Source: Catajapyx aquilonaris
Lineage: Eukaryota
Direction of reading: 5' to 3'
Assembly (NCBI GenBank): GCA_000934665.2
Contig: JYFJ02001471.1
Location: 1-64,000, forward strand
DNA length: 64,000 bases
Below, in pieces: positions 25,327 to 37,683 of this stretch. The position numbers and the translations under genes are program-made. Position 1 is the stretch's first letter, and each line of letters begins with the position of its first letter. Under the pieces are notes generated by a model. The model saw only the letters and a program-made list of their open reading frames with translations, did not search any database and was not told the DNA's origin.

Positions 25327-26503
25327 TCGTGATTCAAAATGACTTATTGGATGGAGACATAAATATTCAGCATAAGTGTATCTGGTGATTTCCAGGAATA
25401 AAAAGCTATAATATTTTATGAGATGAACCATACAAAGCGGCGCTATTTTAAAATCTTTTCATTCTAACCTTTTGGATTCTATTATAAGTCCTTATGAAAT
25501 AATAATGTAGCCTACTTTCACATTACAAGTTGAATAAACTATGCTCGGATATTTGGATATATAAGTGGTTGGTAAAGGGTAGTCTTTCCGGCTCAGAAAC
25601 TGCAAGGAAAGGCCTCAAAAACAACCACAGTTCCGCAAATCTGAAAAGATTTTCTTCGTAAGCGATGATTCATTTCAATATTATCTGCAATATCAGCGAC
25701 ATCCCGAACGATCCCTCGATTATTTGTGATATGGATCAGGAAGATTGGTGGTTCGGAATGGGACGTCTGTCCTTCCCTTCCCAGCTCGCCTGACCTTTCC
25801 AAAGGCAATGGGACAAGCTCTCGGTGGCCAAACGAGTCCAAACGCGGACGGGGAGTGCCACCATAAAACTCCGGGACCAACTTGTCCCATCCGACTCCCT
25901 AAGTCATAGGTTGCTGATTCTGCTGAGATCGGCATCCAGCTTTTTGATCGAAAAGTTCAGGCATAGAAATGTCTCTATTCCAGTTCTTCCAAGTTGCTCG
26001 CATTGGGTAAGGTCAACAAGAGAGGTCGATGAACCTGTAAAATTACTAATGAGACCTCTGGTTCATCCATCGGTACATTGTATTGTCCACTGGTGTTCCT
26101 CAGGTAGGACATGCAGGGGCTGGGTTTTTTTTTGGGCAATGGCACGCGATGGGGGGAAGGACCTTCCACAACCCGAAAAGTTATGGCGTTTGAATGGGAG
26201 AATGGGAGTACGTGACGTCAAGGGCGTCGTCGTCAATGACCCTCTGGTCCAACAGAAGGAAGGGCAAGATGATGGAGACTCCCCATGCTTTTTGACCAGG
26301 GGAGGGACCAGAGACGCCCGCCAATAATGTCCGCGAGTGTAGTAAACCGCGAATAATCGTAAGGCGCTTGCTCTGTGTCGACGGCGGCAGGCGTTGACGT
26401 GCGTCGGCAGGAGGAGGCCGAAGAAAAGGGAGAAGAGAAGGTAGCCGCCGCTCAGTCCAACGACCAAGCCACCACGTTTCGGGGGTGTCCTCAGGAGCAC
26501 ATC

Positions 26504-27862
26504 ATGGACTGGAAGATTCTGGCTGCTGCTGGATGGATGGCCACATTACTCATTATGGTGGAATCTGGTAAGTGAGACATTACCATTACTGAATGACTTT
26601 CATTTATTAAGTGTGTCCAAGAGTGTGCAACCAGGGTAGCAGGTCAGGAGCAGCGCCCGTATAAAATAGCTAGTGTGGGCGTTTGTCTGGTGGGCGACAA
26701 CACGGAAGCAACTTTTTGAAAGAGCTTTCGTGCCCAAAGTCTGGAACAGTGTGTCTTCGCCCACGTCTCGTAGTAATGTTTGTAGTAGTCGCCCACCTGT
26801 GGTGGGGAATACGTTACTGGCACGTGATCCATTCTGTGACACACGATAGTCTCACTTGTATAGGCCTATATTTTTTTTTTTTCATTTCTCGTATGTAAAT
26901 TACAGGGTTGAAGTTCTCGGGTGTGGTCCATGGAGAGACGCTTAAGTACCCTCTAAAGTTCACGAGCGTGCAAATGCTCTTGGCATAAAAGTCCAGGGGG
27001 CAGTCAGCGATAAATCGACCTGGAACCTGGTACTTGTCTTTTTCGAGGAAGGAAGAAAAATCTTCTTCGCTTCGGATTTATATTTCCGGGCCAGACATTG
27101 GCTTAGGTTCCCGTCAGGACTTGTAAGTTGTTACTGTAAGGCCGTCCGAATACGAATGGCCGTACATCTTGGGTGAGGAGGCGCCTGCAGGGTGTCTCCA
27201 GTATTCTTTGATGGATCTGCTCAGACACTTTGCAGACCTACCAAGTTTTTGGAAATTGTTTACCCCCCCGGACTTTAGTAAATCAATGTGCGGATATAGG
27301 TCTTATTGCTGGAGAGGTCTTACTTCATTTTTATGGCAACTATGATGCTGGGTTTATAACGGCGTCTGGTTTTACAGTGTTTAGAGTCGGTTCAAGTTGG
27401 CATTGATTCATGAAGGAATGGGTAATGTTAGCGTGCCTGATAGCACATGCAAGTTATCAGATGTTGGGAATAAGTTCCTACACCAAACTTAAGTATTGCA
27501 TTAATGTCAAAAACTTATTCCTAACATCGATTGATCATCACGTGCTTATTCAGGCTCCCTGTTGTCCTGCGGAAATTGGCCATTACAACGTGGATTGAAG
27601 CCTTAATTGCCATAAAAATGGGAACGGCAACCAAACGAGGTTTAAGTGGAGGGGTTCACTATACTGGAGAAAAGTATGTGCAAGTGTGTGGCGCCGACCA
27701 CAGCAATTTCAACGTCAAGTTGATATTATTAAACCGTCATCTTCTTGAAGTGACACTTTGATAAAGTTTGCTACTGATACTTGTATATAAATCAAGAGAT
27801 ACTGAAACATAATATTCCCATTTTACCCGAAGCACAAAGAATTAAGACCTATTTGGTCGGAT

Positions 27863-27898
<36 letters not shown>

Positions 27899-30800
27899 AC
27901 ATCTAAATATCACTTAATGTGCTTGCTAAATGAGGCAGTTGCAGTTGTTAAATTGCCGCAGAATAGGTAATAACTACTGATTAATTTGCCTGTCAGATTG
28001 TATCAGACGCCACCGGAACAAACCCTGAACCAACTCCAGGGAATTGAGAGGTCAAAGTGTCATTAAGTGCCAAGTAGTCAGTGGCAGGAGAAGTGAAGGG
28101 AACGGTAGGGGGATGTCTCGTCATCGTAAATTCATCCCAGCTCTCCGGAGGGTCTACCCATGAGTAATAGCTCCGAAAGATGCAATAAACTTCTATACTC
28201 CTTTATAAGACGCAAATAATATAATCTTGAAAATGTGCGTGGTCATTACTAAGTCCAGTAATGACAAGATGTGATATTATATGGCACGTTTTCAAAAATA
28301 ATTGGCGTATACTGATAAATTATTTAATTGCAAATGTTGCTCATTCGGGGGTCTATCGCACTATTAAGCTCCAATTTATGTATCCGCGAATCAAGAGGCA
28401 CAGTTTGAGAAATGAGATCCACGAACAGTTTGTCATGTTCTCTAGAGAAAATGCGTGCCCGGAATGATATGTTGTAGATCCCCCTAACCGTCCCGTTCCT
28501 GCAATAGCCCCCACTGCTCTTCTATATACGAAAAGGCCGGAGATGAAGAGACTGACAGATTGGCCTATCTGTTTATATATGGATAGGATACAGGAGATAG
28601 ACCCCCCTGGCCTATCCATCTTTCCAGCTCTTCCTATCTGTCTCTGTCCCACATCTCTTGCCTTCTTCCTCTTTGCCACCCCCGACCATTTTGCCGTCCC
28701 ATCCCACCCTTGACCATCCATCTCCTGCCTACATCCGGGCCTTATATTGCCATCTCTGTTGGATGCCCTCCCCTTCCCTCCTTCCTTATCCGCTTCAGAG
28801 TGGTCAGAATGGTCCGATTTGGATGGATGAATCGGTGCTCCGGATCAAATCCGGGTTACTTGCGACCGCTGTCACCACGGATGACTCCATGCATTTGTCG
28901 GTGGTCGAATGTTGGGGGCTTATTTTACGAAAGGGGGTGTTAGGTTCGAGCCCTGGATTTGGGAGATCAACTGGGGGGGATTTAGTGGATTGCAGCTGAT
29001 GAACTTTAGAAACATTCAGGTCACACTATAGGAATGGGGGTAATGTAAAAGGGGTGAACAACTTTTTGATCAAATATATCCTGACATACCAGTGCAAACC
29101 TTTTGCCTCTACTGCGTACCGGGATGGCTACATTCCAGGATACTGTAGTACCACTGTCTCGCCAGGTCGCGTCTTATTAGTAAATCCTGTTCTTTTCAGC
29201 CAAAAACCAAGCTTGCCGGTTCTCAGGACGGGACTACTCAGTGGGACAAGTGTGGTACCCACGACTAGAAACACAGGGGATGGTCTTCTGCGTCACCTGC
29301 GAATGCCAGCAGGTAAGGTCAACATAAAAAATATGGGGGTTGAAACAATGTGGGTTTCACATGAATGAACGTGAAGGGTCATTCACTCGAGTATCATCAT
29401 CACTTCCATCATCATCAAGGAAGTTTCCATCTGGAAATGCGCGGAATAAACGAGGCGGAATTGCCTGCTGATGGCTCTGAGAAGTGCCGCTTCCTTTTTT
29501 TCTCTTTCTCTCTTTTTTTTNCCCCAAATCCCTTCGCCTGTAGTTTCTTATCAGGCGCATGCCTCGGTCTGATATAGTCTTAGCTTCTATAGGAATAGTC
29601 ACACGGAGAAACAATTCGCTCAGGGGCAGCAGAAAGTGACAGTTGATGTTGGCCAAGAGCACTAAACCTCCATGAGTCTGTTTCCTGTCTGGTTTTTGGC
29701 ATGCTTCAGCGGGACATTATCTCTTTGGGACCTACGAGTGTGGTCCTGTTTCATCACTTGTCCTATAAGCTGATTATTCGAGCATTGCCCCTGGTATATG
29801 CCATGTTGGAAAAATGTAACTTAATATAAATTACCATTTTGCAATCAATGCAAAGTCTATTGTTTCTTTTGTTCTTGCCTGTTGGAAACTACTTTTTGGC
29901 TGATGTAGAATATTTTACAATACTTAAGCTGATTGTATTTGCATTTAGGGTGGAAAACTGAACTGTACTAGCCAACAATGCCCTGTGAACTGCGCAGATT
30001 TGGATTCACGTGCTGAAGACTGTTGCAAAATATGTAGAGGTAAGTCGCTCTTATAGCTTCTATATTATCTCCTTACCTTCCGGATTTAGAAGGTATTTTG
30101 CACATAGAAGGTAATTTATAAGGTAAATGGTTAAGAGTGTACTGTCCTTCTATTTTGTGTTAATTGTTCCAGTTAATGCACAACTTCTTAATATAGGAAA
30201 GGCAGGGCATTAAAGATAATCCAATTGCATATCAGGTTATGATTTGACCATCATCCTCAGCAACACGTGGTTCCATTGATTTCTAGTAGAGCTTTCTGAT
30301 GTCCGTGGGCGGATGTGAAGTCATCTGGATTAGAGGAAGCTTAGAGGGGCGGATAAGAAGTGGATTCTGAGTGGACATGTGGAGGATGAAAAGGGAAGGG
30401 GGTTGGATAGTTGATTCCATTAGAGAGAGGAAGAGAAGCAGGGAGCATGGAAAGTGCATGAACAAAGTGCATGATGGAGGAACCCTCCAGAAAAAAAAGA
30501 GTTGTATACTGGGATGGAACATTGATCCAAGTGCCTACAGGCGGGATAATTGCAGAGTTACGGATGCTACTTGGAGTGGGAGAGGACGAAATGTGGTGAT
30601 AGCTGCTGGACTCGATCCAACATCACCTATAGATGAGACTGCAGATAATTTTTGGGGTTGTGTTGCAAACAGTCACGTTTTAAGGTGTGTTTTGAACCTT
30701 GAGGGGACTGGAAGACAAATTGGTTGCAATTGGATCCATGAAGGAAAGGGGCGAAGGTTGAAAAGTGGATGTGGTAGAGGAAAGGCAGCAGTTTCCATGC

Positions 30801-33800
30801 AGGCCTACGCAATGATAATGTAGTGGATTGGGTGGGTCATAAATCGCCAAAGGCGCCCTGATTTACGGGGCACAGGCGCCGGAGTCTGCTTTCTTCCAGC
30901 CATGATTTATTCCCATGCAGTTCTCTCACTATATTACACAAGAAGAGGGCGACTACTAATACTCTCTTCCCACGTACAAGTCATTATCATCCCATTCATT
31001 TTGTTCCGGAATTTCATAGAGGGGGAACCACTTGGGGGGGGGAGGGGGGAATATTGATAGTTTCAGGTACTATAGTCGTATGACTAATGGATTCTACGAC
31101 ACACAAAATCTGTCGCTGCAGAAACAACATGCCCTCCACCCTACCCCCCCAGTTCTTTTGTCGGCACTATGCAGATTAGAATGAGAAAACAAATGCGCAG
31201 TGAAGCTTCAAGTCCTGTTGGCATCGGTTCAGCATCCATTTCCTGACGACCTGCTGCAAGAATATCAAATCTTGCCAACATAATCCGCGCTTAAACATGA
31301 ATAATACTGTAAATAATTAATCGTATTAAAATTTTTGTGCCATTTTTGTGAGGGCAGAGTCACGTGGAGGAAACGCAGGGACATCTTCCACACCCCTGTC
31401 CGCTCCAGAAGTAGTGTCCTGCCTACATCGCGGCCGTATCTATAAGGACGGAGAAGCATTTACTTCAAACATAACCGGACTCGAAGTGACCGCTCCTAAC
31501 CAATGCGTCCAGTGCGTTTGCCAGGTCAGATCACATTTTCCAGAGTCACCTTTCCTGCACGTGCTCATGTTTTTGTTTGTTTACTGCTAACAGGGAGGAA
31601 TGGTCTTGTGTCAGGTTAAGTCATGCCCACCGACGGACTGCCAAAATCCCATCCATGTTTCCGAAGACTGCTGTCCTCTTTGTCCAGGTAAGTATATGAA
31701 AGGGAGGTCAGCTTTGACGAGAGTGATGAGTAATGGATGGTATTACGAATAAAGCATAATTGAGCAAAAGTACGTCATTGGACTGTTGACAAAAACTGAT
31801 TCAATAGACTAATGATGCTATTACTATTTTTGATAATGCATAGTGCGTAGTAAAGTTGGTGGTTGGAGATGGGTTGAGGCAAAGTTAGGAGAGGTCGTCG
31901 CACGAAAGGTGACAGGATGGGCGACAGACTAGAGGCATTGGGCCAGAGCTTCCCTCCTGGCGCCAGACGACGCCACTTGTCTTTCTCTTTCCTTTCCTAT
32001 ACCACTACCAACCCCCCCACCACCACCCTCCATATCTCGTTTGCTGGATCGATACACTTTACCCTTATCACCGCAAATTGCCCTCTCTCTATAATATATA
32101 TATAAGTTTTTTTTTGGTCAAAATCTTAATTACAAATATTGGACCATCTTCAAACTTTTCCTATAACCATAATATTGATGAGATTTGTTGAGGGAAATTT
32201 TAGGAAAGTGAATAGTGCAGCCGGTTACGTGTTGGGTTATGCAACTTACACTACTGTACAGTAAGTTAGTGAGCCAGAGTCATCACTACCAGAGTTGTAA
32301 AACTTGGCTAGACGTATATAAAAAAAAACTGGGTATTTGCACAATGCATGTAACCATGGGATTTTTACGACTGGTCTGTTCTGAAAAGGTCCACTTTGAA
32401 TTCATGTAAGCAACCCAATCATCTCTTAGAGTGTATTTGGATTACGCTGTACTGAATCTGTAAACCTATTTTTTATTCCTTTTGTGGAAGACACTTGGAT
32501 TCATGTGGAACGTGTGTTTCCATAAAAAGGGTTGTAAAGTGCTTTATGCGGAATGAAGATATAAGCCAGTAACTTTTTTGGGTGTTGAATAAAGCTGGAT
32601 TTTGCACAAGATAAACTGGTGGACAAGAAGAATAAGCTAGCCGCATATTTTTCTCTCTTTTTTGTTGTAAAAAAAACTTAGTTTGGAACTTGTTGAACTA
32701 CGAGTTCGGAAATGGTCAATTTTGATTCAAGTTACACGTCAGCAAATTCGTGCACCAAAAGTTTCTAAAGACTGTTGCTATAAGAGCCACGAATAGTGAA
32801 GCATTTTTCTACAAACGGCATGATTCTGACCTTTTCTTTGACACAGATTACACCGATGCATCAATGAGAGCGTACAACTCGCCCGTCGCTTTCGGAGATC
32901 GTGTCCCATCTCGAGATCGCAAGGAACAAGATTGTGTCTCCGGTGGAAGGTCTGTAAAGTCCGTTAAACCAAAGAACGACATGACGTCACGTTCACCAAG
33001 CTCTTTCCTCCAATCATATCCCCGAATCGCTTTGCATGCATATACTACTGCGCATGCTCATGAAACAGGTGACGTCAGATCGTTCTCTCATTTAAAGGAC
33101 TGTAGATTTTTGTGTATCTGCTGTCTGCTGATTGCATCTTCTGACAGGTACTACGTGCATGGGTCCTCGTGGCATCCGGTGATGGGTCCGTTGGGTCCGA
33201 TGGACTGTGTGCTGTGCCGGTGTGTCCAAGGACGGATTGAATGCTCTCGATTCAAGTGTCCCAACAAGAGTGAGCTTCCTTGCGCCAAACCGACCAAAGT
33301 CTTCGGACAATGTTGTCCCGTCTGTCCAACTCAAGGTACCGCCACACATATCGTGCGTGCGTGTCGAGTTTCCTGTAGTTTTTCCTTCCTGTACTTCCTG
33401 GTGTAAAGATAGGTTCTCAGGGAGAGGCGAACTCCAGTGTACAACGGGCAATACACGAATTGTTCTGTACCCTGGAATGTACGATGTCAAAAATGTTTCG
33501 GACAATGTACAGCAGGTTTAAAAAAAATTTAACATGGATAGAGTGCTGATAGTTTGTTCGAAGCTTTTCTGGCAGAAGTGTAGTTAGGTTAGAGGGTTAC
33601 AGCTGACTGGTCTTTCCGGGTGCAGCTGATGGAGCCTTGTCGACCAGGAGGTCACCAGTGGTGGAAGCTTCCTCCTCCAGGTGTCCTCCGGCCCCGGGGC
33701 AGGTGCTGGTCTACCTGTCCAGAGGAGGAGGAAATATCTCCGAGTTCATCCAGGTGGGCACAAGGCCATGTGTCTCATCGCACACACGCAAATGAATGAC

Positions 33801-34762
33801 CCTGTGACCCATGCACGATCCCATGGCACCCGCTCAGTAGCTTCTCCCTGAGACTAAAACGCTGCACTAACCGCTTCTATATGGAGGCAATAAGCGTCGA
33901 AAGAATTAGTTCTCACCACTGATCTTCTTTGTTGCAGTTCCTTTTCGAGTCAACGGACGGCGGGGACACGGAGCACCATTCTTGGGTCTTGCGCCGAGGG
34001 GCCGTCGAAACGTTCAAGACCCAGCATCTTTCGCGAACAGACCTTGAGGCTCTCATGACCAAGTTCACCTTCAGACTTCTGGGAGCCACCTCTCAAAGTG
34101 AGTAAAGATGTTGACATATCTAACTGTTCATTTCTTATGACCTGGTGTTTTGACTCACCCTGTCCCAGAAGAGTATATGTGAGGCGAAATTTCTCGCGAT
34201 TTCTTTTTAACAGCCCTTCTCTTTGATGATGGTCTTTTAGGTTATCACATCGACTTAATTGAGGGAATGGTTCTTCTTAACCTGAGAAGGGGAAAAAATG
34301 ATAGCTCGATTTATTTCAGCGTTGCACGCGATACTGCAATAACTCATTGGTGTCTGTTGTAAAACGGACGTTTTTTTCGGGGTTAAAAGGACTCCACCCT
34401 AAAATCTTAAGATTAATATGACCGAACCTTTGAAACATTGCAATACCTTGAGATGAGGTATTTTCGATTTTTATAGCACCTTGATTACGTTGTAAAGGCC
34501 CTTCACACTGAATTCGATTGTATCAAAATGACTTTGAATTTAGGTGCTAGGATAGGTTAAGTACTCTGTTGCATGTGATGTCACTCAATGTTTTTTTCCC
34601 CCCCTACTTTTAATGGTGGCAGAGCACGTGGAAAAGCTGGGTCGACGTGGAAAGAAGCTGGAAAAACGTTGCAAGTCCCGATGTGGAGCCAAAGTGTTAG
34701 CTCTGGACAGGCTGCTCAATCTACACCCTCCTCTTTATCCTCGCAAGGACTGCCCCACGTAG
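26504..34762 (+). CDS. CHRDL: Chordin-like protein (CHRDL1/CHRDL2 type secreted BMP modulator), about 415 aa; exons 26504-26567, 29200-29312, 29949-30039, 31358-31524, 31594-31687, 32847-32949, 33148-33335, 33626-33753, 33938-34097, 34623-34762
   Basis: Signal peptide MDWKILAAAGWMATLLIMVES; VWC1 CRFSGRDYSVGQVWYPRLETQGMVFCVTCEC...CCKIC; VWC2 CLHRGRIYKDGEAF...PNQCVQCVC...CCPLC; VWC3 CVSGGRYYVHGSSWHPVMGPLGPMDCVLCRC...CCPVC; C-terminal HSWVLRRGAVETF...FRLLGATSQ...RCKSRC resembles the CHRDL1/2 tail. 1248 nt in frame. Confidence 0.85.
27863..27898. repeat. (TAC)12 microsatellite
   Basis: Directly visible perfect trinucleotide repeat. Confidence 0.95.
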
Positions 34763-37499
34763 GACCATCCTGACCGATATTTTTTGTGTACACAACGAAG
34801 AGAAAAAAAAATGGCGGTAAATTGCTAAAAGAGCAGTTTTCCAAATCTGTGGAATGCCACGGAAAACATTGCATTTTGCTGCTGAAGTTGAGAGCCGAAG
34901 ATTGATTTATTTGTGACGAATTCATGGTGACTATCTCTATGAATTGGGCCATGTGGCCAGAATAAGCGTTTCTAAGAAAGGCAGGAAAAAATAATAATGT
35001 TGGTTGGAGTGGGGGAGGGTGAGGAGAATATACTGTACTTCAAGGTGTTGATCAACTTTTGCAACAATAAGCTGTGTGGTACATCTGTTGTGAAATGCAT
35101 TCGCAAAGGAGAATTCTGAAACATGAGTGTGCAGTTATTAAAAACGTCTTCACATATATTGCTTTCAAAAGAAAACTAATCTAGTCACGAAAGCTAGTCA
35201 TAAGAACATTGTTGCATAAATTTATCAACACCCACATAGGCCTGAAGCTAAATTCTTTTTAAAACGCAGCAAATTTTTAGATATAGTGTGACTCTCGTCA
35301 CTGCCCAGAACAATCAAATGCACTAGAACTTGGTAAAAAAAAAGAGACGGTTCAGGGAAGAGCGAAGAATTTCATATGTACTACACCTGTTGTTTCTTAT
35401 AAACTTTATAAGCACAAACACCAGTTTGGACGGGACTCGTTGAGCGGCTTCTTTCACATGTTTTTGCAAGATCATCCTTGTACTATTCTACCTTCCTGTC
35501 TTCTGTCTCGTGATGTTTTCTAGTCTTATTTTGAGGGCATTTTTTCACTAACTAAATGTGTAGCATTGTAGAAAATGTTTTGTTTTCACAGTTTTAATCT
35601 ATGCCTAATACAATGTAGTAAGGCCAAGGAAAGGTGACGATGATGTCATAGTCGCAACGCCTCTGGCAGTGTCGCTCATAGTAACAGTGATCTGCATTTA
35701 CGAAACATCCAGTAGCTAGAGATCGTTTGAAAATTAGATGGCATTTAGTGGAGACTTTTATGCGAGAGGCCGACACCTTTTTCGACGTCATAGTCACCTT
35801 TCATTTGGCCAGTTATAACAATATACAGTTGAAGGAGTGGAAAGCAGATTTTTGTCGAGTGATTTCCTTAATATTTCTGAAGGAGTTTAAGTTTAGTCAA
35901 AAATAGTTTCTCCTTTGCAATGGCCACTAATGGCGTAGAGTTTACTCTCAAATATTCTGTTCTGTAATAATATAGGCCCTACAGTCAAATAGCATTACGG
36001 CAATGCAACAGTTTCATTCCAAGTGTTATAACTTTGTACTTGTACACGTATGACTTTTTAGAACCATTCCAGAGTAACACGTTTTTTAATATCTCGAAAG
36101 TGCCCATAATGGACATGTTATTTTTTGAAGTAGTATTTATTTATTTGTTTATTTGTTTGTTTATTTATATTTGCTTTCTACTCCTTCAGTTGTAACTGGA
36201 CTCGCTAATAATAATTTATGTTGCACCTGTGGCGTGCAGATATGGCACTGTCCTCTTTTTCATGTCAATTTTTGGGATTTGTAGTAGACAGTGAAGTAGT
36301 GTAAACACTCTTGTACTGTACATGTACCTCGTAAAGCAATGAGCAAAGGTGCTGAAGGTCAGTCAAAAACAATCAGACCCATTTCATACACTCACAAGTA
36401 GAATATTTTTTTGCCTATACAAATACCCCCGTATTTATGAGATTCACTGAGCATACAGTATTTTAATCATTTTACAAGCACCTTTGCACGATGGCAACTG
36501 CCTTTTAAATGTACGTGCAATAATAGAACTTGACAACAACGCATTTTTTGTTATTGCTGTACCAATTTACTTTTTTTGCAGCATAATGTTCAAGGCAAGA
36601 AAAGTACTACAGTGCACTCAGGATGAATCAGTAAAAGGTAGGTTATGTTGTGCATAATTATGTGCATATGAATTCAGATGCACTGCTTATGCAACCAGTG
36701 ACACTAATCATCTACATTTCCCCCCTCTAAAAGCATAACTTAGTCTAAAAGTACAAAATTAATGTCATTCCGATTGGAGATGGTAGAGAATTTCCATCTT
36801 GGAAAACAATATTCATCTTACGGGTTGTTGGAAGCGAATGGTAGTTATATATATTTTTAACACGTAATAATATTTGATGCCGCACGCAACAATGACTCTT
36901 CACAACCAAAATATGACGCAGAGAGAGTTACAAGGTTTGTGAAATCGTCACGAAATCGCCTTATCTTCCTTTTACACAAGAGTTGCCATATAGTCTCACT
37001 ATGCACATTTCGTTCCTTACAAGTTTACAACCCAATGCACTAAAATCCAGCAAAATTATGCAAGTTTCAGAATATATGTCCTTTACACATTATTTTCCTC
37101 TAGATTTCTACATACGACCAGTTTTAGTGTTACGAAATAAACAAACAAAAACAGGGTGTCTTTCCTAATCGCCCAGCAAGCGATAAGTCCAGGTAAATAA
37201 TATTGATAACGTGGAGTACATTACGTAATTGAACACATTGCGCATTGTACTCTTAAATAGAGGTCACATGTGGCTGTACAAACCCCGCCAACATGTTATG
37301 ACAGTTGATTCTATTGCAATATTTACCACTCATCGATTACATAATGTGAATATGCCAGTATAGGAAACCTGCATTATAATCGGTTTTATGACAGATATGA
37401 TAATAAATAAATTAATTGAATTGGCGATTTTATCTATGAAAAGTAAACACTTTTTTTTTTTTTGTGGTAAGCACGTTTGATAATAAGCGCTGAGTCTTA

Positions 37500-37683
37500 G
37501 TTTCGGAATTCGGACGCAGCAGACATGTGCTCGTGACGTCACAGCCGCCTACGTCACCCGCTGATCCATTGGGCCAAAAAGGCCATTGGGTACACCTACA
37601 CTCCGCTTTCTCCCTCTGCTCCCGTCCAACTTGGATCATTTCTACTAGTCTCATCCAACGGACCACTGCACTTCCAAGCAAAG
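37500..37683 (+). promoter_or_regulatory. ACADVL proximal promoter
   Basis: Full CRE palindrome TGACGTCA at 37534-37541, half-CRE ACGTCA at 37551 and two inverted CCAAT boxes (CATTGG) within 150 nt of the ATG. Confidence 0.5.

Noticed and set aside
26900..30830. Possible LINE reverse-transcriptase remnants (about 27050-27330, 29600-29800, 30290-30830; also 3150-3400)
   Set aside because: Only vague motif resemblance with many stops; cannot be supported without a translated search.
31723..31799. GTGATGA...CTGA in a CHRDL intron
   Set aside because: Only a 3-bp terminal stem, no recognisable guide and an atypical host gene.
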